Source: Octopus bimaculoides
Lineage: Eukaryota
Assembly: GCF_001194135.2 (NCBI RefSeq)
Contig: NC_068981.1
Span: forward strand, 25,699,226 to 25,755,557
DNA length: 56,332 nt
Reading direction: 5' to 3'
The notes below the pieces were generated by a model, which saw only the letters and a list, made by a program, of their open reading frames with translations, did no database searches and was not told the DNA's origin. Made by a program: the position numbers and the translations under genes. Shown in pieces: positions 23,810 to 35,617 of this stretch (position 1 is its first letter; each line of letters begins with the position of its first letter).

Positions 23810-25454
23810 GGGGTCCAGACAAAAGCCCCCTAGGCCAAAAGCCCTGCAGGACAAAAGACCCTCGGATAAAAGACCCATAGGATCAAAGACCTATAGGACA
23901 AATGCCCCACGGTTATATTTTTCGGTTAGTTTTTCGTTTTTAGAATTTTTAGTTGATTGTATGAACCCCAGAATTTTTTTTCACTTGTTGCAGTTATTAG
24001 ACTGCGGCCGGCCATGCTGGGGCACCACCTTGAAGAATTTTTAGATGGCTGTATCGAACCCAAAATTTTGTTTAAGCTTGATCAAAACCACTTCTGTGAT
24101 ATAATTAATTTTTGGTTTTCATTTTACTTGAGGAAATTTTGGTCGAATGTATCGACCTAAGAATCTTTTTTAGGTGATTCTCAACCAGCACATGAAGTTA
24201 AGCCTAGAAAGTCTCTCCACATTTTTAGAGATAACAGCCAAATCTTACAATTTTTTTGTTTTATAATTTCACGACGTAACTAGAAACGGAAATTGCGGTT
24301 GTAAAAAAAAAAAAATTACTGTCCAAAATTCCAATTTTTAAGTAAACAAAATATATTCAATCGAAAAACTGCGTCAAAACATCTATGTCCCTCAGAATGG
24401 TATGTTCCGTGTGTTTCCTCATTTTTAGAATAATTTTAATGTTTGAAATTGAAAATAAATCAATCTTAATATCAATAATAGAATAACAGAACACAAGAGC
24501 CTTTACTACTCAATGTAAATATTATCTGAATTCTAACAAAAGGGAAAGCATTTGCTTCAAGAAATGTGTAGAAACATAAAAAACGATAAGAAGTACGTTT
24601 GAATGACTATGTATACACTCATAAAATGAAAGTAAATATTACACATGTCTCTGACATGTTTTTCTTCAGAAAAAACAGAATTTGTCATTTTTATGGAGAA
24701 ACACTCATCTCCCTATTTAGGCAAAAGATAAGAAGTACGTTTGAATGACTACCCTTCTGTTAGACCTTCAACGGCCGAAGAAAGTTTAAAAGGTCAACTT
24801 ATTCTCATTAACCTTTAAGTGCTGAGAGAAGAAAGCAAACAACTTTAAATATATATTTTAAAATGCTGATTTTTCTGCGACCAAAAATTCTTCAAACTGG
24901 TGCGTCAGCATGGCCGCAGTCCAATGACTGAAACAAGTAAAAAGATCTTTAGAAAATAAAAAAAAAACGAGGGGGGGGTATAAAAAAATTCAAGAGATAT
25001 GGCTGTTATTTCTAGCTTGTGGAAATACCTTCTTGGCTTAACTTCATGCGCTGGTTGAAAATCATTTATAAAAATTCTGGGTCGTTCCATTCGACTAAAC
25101 TTTCTTCAAAGAGGTGCCCCAGCATGGTCGCAGTCTAATAACTGACGTAAGTAAAAATATAGAAAATTCTAGCATCATACATTCGACTAAAAATTCTTCA
25201 AGGTGGTGTCCCAGCATGACCGTAGTCTAATAACTGTAACAAGGAAAAAGAAAAAAAATTCTGGGGTCGATACGTTCAACTAAAAGTTCTTCAAAGCGGC
25301 GACCCAGCATGGTCGCAGCCTAATGGCTGAAACAAGTAAAAGGTGGAAAATAAAAAAATAAATAAAATAATCGAAAACTATAACCGTGGGCTTTTGTCCA
25401 CTTTCATACTTTAACTATGGGGCTTTTGTCTGTGGGAGCCTTTCTCCTACACTC
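23810..25454. mobile_element. Non-autonomous Mutator/Foldback-like element with long modular inverted arms
   Basis: Flanking ATTCCTTCA (23801-23809) and AGTCCTTCA (25455-25463) match at 8/9 positions (TSD-like); tandem GGACAAAAGCCCC subrepeats inverted at both ends; arms ~23810-24250 and ~24990-25454. Confidence 0.7.
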
Positions 25455-27115
25455 AGTCCTTCACCATCCAGCGGTATTACGCTGTCTATCACATCTTAAC
25501 ATTAACCGTATACTTACGTTTTGTAGATTTGCTCATCAACACTTCGTGTGAAAAGCTACACTACCACAAATAACTGCTGCAAATGCAGACACATAGGTAA
25601 AGCTGCACAAAATCCAACGAAAAAGGATTCACAATATAAACTTACACTGCCAAGATTTTCCAGTTCAAATAAAATCTCTTATTGTGGTCTTTGGTCAATG
25701 CTGCCTCAATGCACCATTTTGATTTGATTGCTTTTTAAGAAATAAAGTTTCGTTAACGTAGAAACTGTTATGCAACAGTGAGTAATAGAAGACAATCAGA
25801 ATGTGACTTGTTAGTCTGTGGTGAGTAAGTAAATAAATCAAAGCCTTAAAATCCCAAGACGACAAACACTCTCAAAAATATTGAGTAAAGTTTAAGATAA
25901 ACGACGTTTTTTGTCGTTAGAAAACTGTTCGCTCTACGAACGAGCAGTAAGAAATACGACATGGCGGAATATATGACAAAAAAAAAGGCTACTGATAAGA
26001 ACAATACCAGCAGACTTCATATGAGCATTCTATGGTGTTGAAACAACAGCTTCTCGTCCAAATTTTGTTGCGAGGAAGAAAATATGCATAAGCAGTTGCA
26101 AAAGTTGGTAAGATAATTGCAACTCAAGTATTGGAGGGAAACTATATTGAATGTGTCCCTGCGTGGCCGTAGCCTAATGACTGACACAAGTAAAAGATGA
26201 AAGATAAAATATAAAAAAAAGCCTTCAACAAATATAACTAGATGTTATCTTAATTTCGTGCTACAGGAAGTCTTATTTCTATATTGTACATTGATTTCTC
26301 TAAGAAAATTTAGAGAATCTCCATTATGTAGAATATCGGAACTCTGTTGAAAAGGAACTTCACACTTTACAGATTCACCAGCAGCAATGGTCCAAATGTG
26401 ATAATCGCATTAAGAACATTCAGTAGATTTGGGAGTGACTGTGTTGTTAAATTGTTTCTTAAGCAACATTGCAAGTTTCATTCCTACAGCTCAAAACTGT
26501 GCAGGTGTCTTTTACTAAAATCTCAGGAACATCGCATCTCTTCTCCAAGGTCTAAGAAAAACGCATTCAACATAACAGTGAGTAACCACTCACAACTTTG
26601 GCCACGAATCAGGCAATAGGTAAATTGAGTATTAACGTGTCAAAATAGTGCATTCTCTGTATAAATAGAAGTACACACGACGTTATCAAATTGAAGTGAG
26701 TTGAACTAAATTTAGAGATTTTTATGAGATGAAAACATTTCCACAAGCTTCGGTTATCAAACCGGAAAATGTTCCCTCGCCGTATAAAACACTCTTTAAC
26801 CTTTCCCTTTTCAACTTTCCCCACAAGGAACAGTTTTTTTTTTTTTTAATGACAATGATTAGTTAAAACAAAGGTCCACATTTAAAGGGACGTAAATCTT
26901 GATTCCGTGAGCGGAATTAACTCCCTGACCTAAAGCTTCCCTTAACGCTTTATCTCGTTTTCTGGGGTTTTTTTTTTTATTTCTAGTATTTCTTCGCGGA
27001 GTAACCATGTTATTTGAGCCTAAACAATTACCGGATCGTGTACGATACAAACCTGTCAAGTTATTACATTAGTTGAGCAGGAAACTTAAAGTAGCTCATG
27101 TATATCTTCTATATA

Positions 27116-27242
27116 CAGGGTGTCCACAAAGTCTGGGTACATGGGGATTAACACATACTTTAAGAAATTATTATTTCTTATATTCAATTGTTTATGTTAT
27201 CATTTTATTTATTCCATGTACCCAGACTTTGTGGACACCCTG
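27116..27242. mobile_element. Tc1/mariner-type MITE (127 bp)
   Basis: TA|CAGGGTGTCCACAAAGTCTGGGTACATGG ... CCATGTACCCAGACTTTGTGGACACCCTG|TA. Confidence 0.92.
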
Positions 27243-27366
27243 TATATTAAATAGTACTTATCTCTCGCTAAATTGAATTTTTCCCGAGCTTATTAAAATC
27301 TCAGTACTACACTATATCTATCCATTTCTTTCTCTCTCTCTCTCTCTCTATTTCTGTCTCTCTCTC

Positions 27367-27406
<40 letters not shown>

Positions 27407-28255
27407 GATGTTTGATATTTGCGTGAATTCAAGCCAACATTATCGAAGTAAACTGATTCATTCCAATTAAGTTAGTTTCAACATGTCTAATGTAGCGAGA
27501 ATAAAATTAGTATCGGAAATATTTCCGGAGACAGTGAAAGATGTTAATGAATGACAAATGTCCTTGTCATTATTTCTGTACGTATAGAATGTATTCTTTA
27601 ACCTAACGTACATATTATGGTACGTTGTAGTGATGAGAATACCACTTAAATGTTAGTTTAACACTCCCATTTAATAGATGTATGATACTTAGTCACACGT
27701 TCCTATTAGACCGAGGCTCTTTCTCAGAAATCATACTAACTGACTGTCATTCTCGTTAAAAACGTACCGCCTTACGGAATTTTATATTTGGAAGAACAGA
27801 AAATTAGAATTTCAGAAAGATTTTAAATTTTGATGAAGAGAAAAAAAGAAATGAGATTTGTTTTCTATATAAATATGTTTGCATTTGTGTTGCGTAAATG
27901 TGTTACTCTAACTTCATTTTCGTCTTAAATAAATTGAAACTATAACAGCAGTATTTTACACGTTCAGAAATTGAAACAACTAATACTCTCACATTGCTTT
28001 ATTTACACACTTCAGATGTAAATGAAATATATCTATAATAAACCAATAAATAAATAAATGATAAAAATAAAACCCGGTTTTCGAAAATACCTTAAGTCTG
28101 GTCAACTACCAATTTAAAGAAATACGAAGGAAAAATATAGACATATTTTCTGATAGCGGAAAAAATTTGATATAAATTGTTAGTCGGGGTTGATATATAC
28201 GTAACCAACAACTGACTACTATTATACACAGATCGCGCAAAAATTACCCTAAATA

Positions 28256-28471
28256 ATTATTTTAAATTTTTGCCACAAGGGCAGTTTGGCAGAGGTGGGA
28301 ATGAGACGATACATCGACTCCAATGTTCAACTGGTACTTATTTAATCGACCCAGAAAGGATGAAAGGTAAAGTCGACCTCGGCGGAATTTGAACACAGAA
28401 CGTAGCGTCGGGAGAAATACTGCTAAACATTTCGGCCTGCATGCTAACGATTCTGCCAACTCACCATCTTG
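28256..28471 (-). mobile_element. SINE with a 15-bp target-site duplication
   Basis: Reverse complement of the GCGAGCTGGCAG family; AAATTACCCTAAATA at 28241-28255 and 28472-28486. Confidence 0.9.
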
Positions 28472-29022
28472 AAATTACCCTAAATATAAAAAAAAAACGC
28501 ACTATACATGTAAATGATAATAGACACGGGTATCCAAAATAAAGAATAAAATGAAAAATCCGAGTTAACTTACCATAATCGAGGAGAAATACATTATCCG
28601 CTTTCAGAGGTAGATTGTTGTCGGGTTAAAATAAATTACTGACTGATGCTTGAATTAAGAATTACACCGCTTCCTTCCTGATTCAGTCGAGATTATAAGT
28701 AATTACTCAAATAAATTATCGGTTTCTGTGGATATGTGTAGAATTTTTTAAAAATTCAAACTCTAATATGGAGTTTGATTTTAAATATTGTAAGACTGCT
28801 GGTTTGATTCAGTTCTTTGTGTCAAGTTTTACTCAGATATTGTATAGATGACTTTCAATAGCTCAATAATGAAATGAGTTTTTTTCTGTAACAATTTTCT
28901 ATCAAATATATCGCAGGGTTATTGAAATGCTACTATGATGATATTTTGCTGTTGTTCATAAAGTATGAATTACGTAGTTATTTGGTGCTTAAATATTAGT
29001 ATTTGGCTGTTTCTGATTAATG

Positions 29023-29054
<32 letters not shown>

Positions 29055-30001
29055 ATATTGTTTTCACTGTGGTTCAGAGAGACTTCACTGCCTTGTGTCT
29101 TATTTCGCTTGTTTTCCTTCTATGTCTAGTATACACGTTTATGCTTCATTTAAATAGTCTACTGACTACTTCGTAACCTCGTGTCACGACATACTCTGAG
29201 CGCGTATTTTGCTCGTGTAGATGAGTGTTTCCTTTCATGTTTAAGTTAAATTCCTGATCTATGAAAATGTATTTTAAATATAACGTTAAAAAAGATAATT
29301 GGAAACACTTATCCACTATCACTTAACAAGGTACTTTTCATTATCCGGTATGATAAAAAAGATAAAACTCTTATAACATACATCGCATCCTTTTGATTTT
29401 TTTTTTTCCAGGATATTTTCTTTAACTTCCAAAATTATCAAAGTTTGCGTCTCAAGTTCAATTGGTTTGACGACGTAGTTAAAAGCAGAAACAATAACAC
29501 TGTTGTCAATACGGATATGGTTATTATTGTTCTTTTTTATTTAATGAGTTCACCAGCTTACGTCATTAGTTAAGGCAATTTCATTTTCTGATGCCAATTT
29601 TTGATGCTAGAAACATTCTACTTGGCAAGCCAATTGCTACAGTGCCAACGAGCAATAACAATGGCTCCAATAAGTGACAATGTCTAAAATATTCGGAAAT
29701 ATTTTCATGACTTGCTCGATCAAATAATCATGTTCGCTAACTCCTTGTAGTTTTCCTGATGCTCAGATTTAGTACTTTAGTGCTTATTTAGAACTTCTGT
29801 ACTTAAACTGAAAAACATTAAAGAGAATAAAATTTGCTTTTTTTATGCATTATATTGATTTCCTCTTAACAATTTCGCATTTTGGGTAAGTTAAACAGGT
29901 GAAGTGGACTTGTTACCGATAAACATCTTGAGTGAATGCAAAATATCAATATCTATCGTAACTATCTCGTCATTCTTAACTGATTTTAAGTATATTATTC
30001 T

Positions 30002-30002
<1 letters not shown>

Positions 30003-30072
<70 letters not shown>

Positions 30073-30083
30073 TTACTACTACT
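30003..30083. repeat. (CTA)n microsatellite
   Basis: Seen directly. Confidence 0.95.
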
Positions 30084-30097
30084 AAGTAACGGGTGCT

Positions 30098-30175
30098 TGG
30101 TACCAACATACACTGGAAAATGTAGTGGACGAATAGAGAAAAGCAAAATCCTGTGACTTTGACTTTCAGACAGAA
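30098..30175 (+). mobile_element. Short R4/Dong-like C-terminal fragment
   Basis: WYQHTLENVVDE*RKAKIL(W)DFDFQT, the motif preceding the restriction-like endonuclease. Confidence 0.5.
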
Positions 30176-30526
30176 GAACAAAACCTGCGCTACACAAGTA
30201 ACGCAAAAGATAAAAACTAATACTACAGAAGACTCAAACAAAACTCCTTAACAAAACGTACAGATACAATATAATATCCCCGCCACCAAAGCAAAATGCA
30301 GCACACTCCCACCCCACCAGCACAAGGGTGCAACGAGTGATGCAATAGAATGTTGCTTGAAACTTTCAGATGTCGAGAAATAACAGTGGTGATGACGATG
30401 GTGACGAACGTTAGCCTTAACTCAGTTTATGATTGACACGACTTTCCAAAAAACTCTAGCTGTAGCAGTGGAAATGAGGCTGGACCTTTAAGGGAAGGTC
30501 TCTCGCTCGGCACTGGATCAGTAAAG

Positions 30527-33500
30527 ATGCGCACTGACCACAACTGTCATCCTAATATAGCATCAGAAGATAATAGAGCAAGAAGAAAGAAGTGGACCAG
30601 CGAAGAAAACAGGATAGTGATACAGTACTATTTAGAAAGTGAACCTAAAAGAAGAGACTATAGAAAACGGATGTTAACGCTTCTGGTAGAGAAGGGTATG
30701 TTTAAAGTGTTTGAGCAGAGATTAGTTGATCAGGCTAATGCTTCTAGGAGAAGAAATTAGATGACAGAATTGAGATAGAAGAGATCACATGAGAAATGAG
30801 AAATGGAAAAGACCAGGTAGTGGGAAACACAAACAACAACATGAGAGATACAGCTCAAACCAAAGAACAAGCTAAAGGAAAATATAATAATGGCACTACC
30901 AATAAAGAAGGGACAACTGGCACCAACGACTTAAGTGATTTAAGTGAGGAAGATCAGAAGATTTCAGATGAGTTGCAGGAAGTAATGGATAAAGAAGTAA
31001 GAAAAATATTGCCAACATTAAAAGACATCAACGGAAGGAAACTACAAGAAATGACTAGGAAAGTAGATTCTGTTATCAGTAAGATAGATACAAAAAATAT
31101 AGAAGACACTAACTTATAGATCCATGCAGGAAGGGCGGTAGTCACCAGAAGATTAGATATCTCACAGGAAAAGTTTAAAAAAGGGTAAATGTGGAAAAGG
31201 AAACTACAAAATAAAGTGAAGACTTTAAGACAAGATCTAAGTAGAATAGAAACCTGGAAACTGAACAAATTAATAAACACAAGATGCAAATCTCACCTCG
31301 AGGAAAGATACTTGGTCAAAGAAAAAGGATTTGGGACAACAATCATAGCAGTTAAACAACGTATCATAGCAGTAGCAGACAAGCTCTCCAGATATCAGAA
31401 AATAATAGATCAGCATCAACACAATAGATTATTTGAGACAGATCAGAAGAGATTTTATAACCAAATAAATAGTGGAGAACGAAGTGCTGATGAGAAACCT
31501 AATGCAGAGGAGGCTAGAAAGTTCTAGACTAATATTTGGGATAAACCAGTCAATAATGATGTAGATTCAGTATGGTTAGAGAAAGTGAGGGAATAAGTAG
31601 TGAGTGAGAAGCAGCCAATTCTAAGATTAACTAGTGTAGAATGAGTAAAGTATTTGGAAAAATGCCGTATTGGAAGGGCCGAGGATCAGATTTAGTTCAC
31701 GGTATTGGCCAAACAAATTCGGTAGTTTACATGGGAGGTTGGAGGAACAACTTCAAGATTGCCTTATTGGAGGACTAATAACAGATTGGATGACTAAAGT
31801 GAGGACAATATTCATTATGAAGGATATGAACAAGAGCAATACCCCTAACAACTATAGACCAATCATCTGCTTACCGTTAGTGTGGAAACTGCTAACAAGA
31901 ATTCTTTCAGAAACCATTTAGGAGCAACTTGACAGCCAGAATTTACTACCAGAAGAATAGAAAGGTTGCAAGAAGTTTAGGGGTATGCATGATCTATTAT
32001 ATATAGAAAAAGCGGTTCTAAATGAAGTAAAAGCTAGACAGAGAAATCTAACAATAGCATGGATTGATAATAGAGAAACCCATGCTCATGGATAAGTGAA
32101 TGTCTGAGCATGTTCAGTATAGCAGAAAACATAAGAGAATTAATTAGCTCTAGCATGAAGAAATGAGGGAAAGTTAATATCTAAAGATTTTCCCAGGAAG
32201 ACTCTTTGTGCCCTTTAAAATGTTTCCTATATTCGATTCCCCTCAATTTAGTATTAAGAAAGGCAAAGGCATGGTATCAGTTCAGAAATAGTAATAGAAA
32301 AATTGAAACACTTTATTAAGAATGTGATAGACTAGATTCCAAAGTACAGACTGTAAGACTCTTCAGTAAAGATATAGGCATGGAATTTGGCATAGATAAG
32401 TGTGCAATATTAGTCATAAGAAGGAGACTGGTAGTCAATAGCGAAGGCATCCAGTTACCAGATGGTCAGACATTAAGATCATTGAAAGGAAGAGAAAGTT
32501 ATAAGTATCAAGGAGTATTAGGAAATTGAGAAGTACATCAGAAGGGTGGGGATGCTAATGAGTCAAAGCTAAACTGTCCGAATCTAGTGAAGGCTGAAAA
32601 TACTTGGGCAGTATCATTACTTAGATACTCAGTAGCTTTTGTAGATTGGACAAAAACTGAATTAGCAAAGCTAGACAGAGAAACTAGGAAGGAATTCAAT
32701 ATGAATAGAGGATTCCAACCAAGGGCAAGAATATACCTACATAGAAAAGAAGGTGGAAGAGGGTTAATATCAGTGGAAGACTGCGTGAGGTTAGCTAGAG
32801 TAAGTCTAAATTCCCATGTAGGTGGCAGTGAAGAATGTTTATTAAAAGCTGGTAGAGTCACAATAAGACATAGGGAAACCAAAATACCAAACGAACTTAA
32901 AGATCAGAAAAGAGAGCAGAAATTGTCTGACTGACAGGAGATGGCGCTGTATGGTAGTTTACCAAAGATTGTTGCATCAAATAGTAGTAGTGAGACATGG
33001 TTATGGCTGTAGAAGAGAAGGCTGAAGAGGGAGACAGAAAGTTTGTTAGCAACTGCCTAAGACCAAACATTAAGGACTAATCGGATAAAAGCCAAGATAG
33101 AAAAAAAACAAGTAGATTCCCAATGTAGATTATGCAAATCAAAAGAGGAAAGTGTTAGTCATATAGTAAGTGAATATAGTATACTGGCACCGAAAGAATA
33201 CATTAAAAGACATGTCAATCTAAGGAGAACAATCCACTGGGAGCTTTGTAGAAAGCTAAGATTTGAACATACTGATAAATGTTATGAACATGAACCTAGT
33301 AAAGTACTAGGAAGTAAGAAGTACAAGATGTTGTGGGACTCTAAGATTCAGACTGACAGATTAATAGAAGCTAGAAGGCTTGATTTGGTAGTAGTAGATA
33401 AAGAGAATAGAAAGTGCCAAATAACTGACTTTACAGTCCCAAATGATGGAAAAACAAATATGGGAAGTATAGAAAAAATAATAAAGTACCAAGAATTAGC

Positions 33501-33690
33501 TATTGAATTACAGAGGCTATGGAAAGTGCGGGTAAAATGTATCCTAGTAGTTATAGGTGCATTAGCAAATATCCCTAAAGATCTGGACAGATGGATAGAG
33601 GAAAAAGGTATAAAACCTAATTTGGTACAGCTGCAGAAAACAATGTTATTAGGGATAGGGTAGGATACTTAGGAGGATACTTATTTTGAA
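30527..33690 (+). mobile_element. Near-full-length decayed R4/Dong-clade non-LTR retrotransposon (RT, CCHC and restriction-like endonuclease)
   Basis: RRKKWTSEEN...; DWMTKVRT.FIMKD...NNYRPIICLPLVWKLL; GMEFGIDKCA; R.....RKEGGRGLISVEDC; CRLCKSKEESVSHIVSE; LWDSKIQTD...LDLVVVDKENRKC..DFTVPND...KYQEL. Many stops and frameshifts; the YMDD region appears deleted. Confidence 0.92.
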
Positions 33691-33727
33691 CTTGTGGAAG
33701 AGACACAGAGTGTCGAAATATTGTTCA
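33687..33727 (+). ncRNA. Minimal hammerhead-like motif, family B (C3U/A6U)
   Basis: UGAAC-UUGUGGA-A-GAGAC(ACAGA)GUGUC-GAAA-UA-UU-GUUCA; 5-bp stem I, one mismatch in stem II. Confidence 0.45.
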
Positions 33728-33760
33728 TTCGATGAACAGTGGCACTCTTTTTAGTGTTTC

Positions 33761-33762
<2 letters not shown>

Positions 33763-33807
<45 letters not shown>

Positions 33808-33849
33808 TACTACTACTACTACTACTGCTGCTGCTTCTACTGCTGCTGT

Positions 33850-33926
<77 letters not shown>

Positions 33927-33940
33927 TTATTATTATTATA
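33763..33940. repeat. Compound (ATT)n(ACT)n(GCT)n microsatellite
   Basis: Seen directly. Confidence 0.95.
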
Positions 33941-34133
33941 TTTTAAAAATGAACCGTAACCAGAGTGTTGGTTTATGACCATGAAGGGATTTGAATGTCT
34001 TCAGTAACTGTGTCACGAATTTCGTCATAAAGACATTAGCGAAATTAACTGCATATTATTCACATGCAAACAACAGATTAGATTGTTGGAAAAAAATCCT
34101 AACATCGGGCTATGACAAATAACTGTAAATGCC

Positions 34134-34171
34134 AACAATATTTCGACACTTCGTGTGTCTTCCACAAGTTT
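34134..34171 (-). ncRNA. Minimal hammerhead-like motif, family B
   Basis: Minus strand AAAC-UUGUGGA-A-GACAC(ACGAA)GUGUC-GAAA-UA-UU-GUU. Confidence 0.45.
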
Positions 34172-34626
34172 AAAATAATCATCTCAATCTACTTCATTTT
34201 GATAATATTTAATGATTGATAAGGCGGCGAGCAAGCAGAAACGTTAGCACGTCGGGCGAAATGCATAGCGGTGTTTCGACTGTCTTTACGTTCTGAGTTC
34301 AAACTCCGCTGAGGTCGACTTTGCTTTTCATCATTTCGGGATCCATAAATTAAGTACAAGTCGCGTACTGGGTTCGATCTAATCGACTTGTCTTTTCCCC
34401 CAAAATTTCGGGCCTTGTGCCTAGAGTAGAAAGGAATATTTAAAGATTGATGTTACTCCCCTAGAATGTAAAGAAACAATAAGAAGAGTGCGACTGGTAT
34501 CGATAACTCCTCTTATTGTTTCTTTACCTTCGGGAGGAGTAACATCATTCCTTAGATATTACCAAAACGAAGTAGATTGAGATGATTATTTTAAACTTGT
34601 GGAAGACACACGAAGTGTCGAAATAT
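34138..34626. repeat. Foldback (arms 34138-34210 and 34554-34626, 70/73 identical) with an inner hairpin
   Basis: Direct comparison of the arms; inner GATGTTACTCC/GGAGTAACATC and GTAAAGAAACAATAAG/CTTATTGTTTCTTTAC pairs. Confidence 0.9.
34221..34434 (+). mobile_element. Full-length SINE with a 17-bp TSD inside the foldback arm
   Basis: AATATTTAATGATTGAT (34204-34220) and AATATTTAAAGATTGAT (34435-34451). Confidence 0.9.
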
Positions 34627-34632
34627 CGTTCA
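34592..34632 (+). ncRNA. Minimal hammerhead-like motif, family B
   Basis: UAAAC-UUGUGGA-A-GACAC(ACGAA)GUGUC-GAAA-UA-UC-GUUCA; perfect 5-bp stem II, AUC triplet. Confidence 0.5.
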
Positions 34633-34707
34633 TTCGATAACAGTTGCACTCTTCATATTGTTTCTTTAGCTTGGGAGGTTAAGCAGATGTGATCGACGAA
34701 AAAGGTG

Positions 34708-34950
34708 GTAGTTAGTACCAATAACTGTCGGAGTCCTGGGGACGGTGAATAAAAATCTTGAGAAGTACATGGAACAAATAGGGGCTGCCTTAAGGGTGGA
34801 GAACTTGCAGAAAACAGCACTGCTTAGAACTGCTCGATTACTCCGGAGGGTGCTCGAAAAATAAGAGGTGTTACCTTAGTTCACCGGTAGTGAACAGCTG
34901 AGACTATACTGTCCAGCGTTAGAAGCTGTGCAAAGGCAATAATAATAATT
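34708..34950 (+). mobile_element. 3' end of a second R4/Dong-like subfamily with an (AAT)n tail
   Basis: VPITVGVLGTVNKNLEKYMEQIG..LRVENLQKTALLRTARLLRRVLEK*, then a short UTR and AATAATAATAAT. Confidence 0.8.
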
Positions 34951-34962
34951 ATAATAATGATA

Positions 34963-35127
34963 GTTTCAAATTTTGCCTCAAGGGCAGCAATTTTGGGGGA
35001 GGCGATGAGTTGATTTCATCGACCCTAATCTTGAACTGGAACTTATTTTATCGAGCGCGAAAGAATGAATGGCAAAGTAGACTTTGGCGGAATTTGAACT
35101 CAGAACGTAACGACGAGCGAAATACCT
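34963..35127 (-). mobile_element. SINE fragment (GCGAGCTGGCAG family)
   Basis: Reverse complement of the central block and tail. Confidence 0.75.
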
Positions 35128-35159
35128 ATTATTGGACACAAAACCTGAAATTTGGGGGA

Positions 35160-35348
35160 TCATGCAAGATCATGCGCTGTTTATCTTGATATGAGATCAC
35201 CATGTCACCCACATATGGTTGTGAGGAATGCGCCTGGTGTACCCTTATCAGACGAGTAGTCATGATGGGTGTATTTGACTTCGTATATCTTACCCCAGTT
35301 TCACTTCGATGGCAAGCACTACTCTCTCACTCAATGATAATAATAATA
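35160..35348 (+). mobile_element. Retroposon 3' tail ending in (AAT)n
   Basis: ...GCCTGGTGTACCCTTATCAGACG.GTAGTCATGATGGG...CTCTCTCACTCAATGATAATAAT; poly-AAT terminus. Confidence 0.5.
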
Positions 35349-35617
35349 GTTTCAAATTTTGTTTCAAGTCTGTTGCTTTTGCAAGGAGAGAATGTGTCGA
35401 TGTCATCGACCCGAGAACATGACTAACACTTTAATTTATCGTCTTGGAAAGGGTGAAAGAGAATATGATCTTGGCTGGGTTTGAACTTGGAAGGTATGGA
35501 GTTGGCACGAATAGTGTAAGTTATTCCAGACTCTATCTATTGACGATTCCTACATACGTTTCTAATTTAGGCACAATGTTATTAATAATTACAAAGGAAC
35601 AGGGTTTGTCGATTATG

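Noticed and set aside
24585-24751. 25-bp direct repeat GATAAGAAGTACGTTTGAATGACTA
   Set aside because: A single local duplication inside the foldback spacer with no further structure.
24880-25345. CRISPR-like repeat array
   Set aside because: The units are whole ~90-bp SINE-tail modules without unique spacers, the context is eukaryotic and there are no cas genes.
28465-28467. ATG|GTGAGT as the IL-17 first exon
   Set aside because: It lies in a SINE head with an intact TSD, so it is less likely than 28574-28576, though not excluded.
15575-31500. Other CTGATGA/CTGACGA matches (15577, 19778, 23054, 31487) as hammerheads
   Set aside because: None has a stem II followed by GAAA with a pairing stem I.
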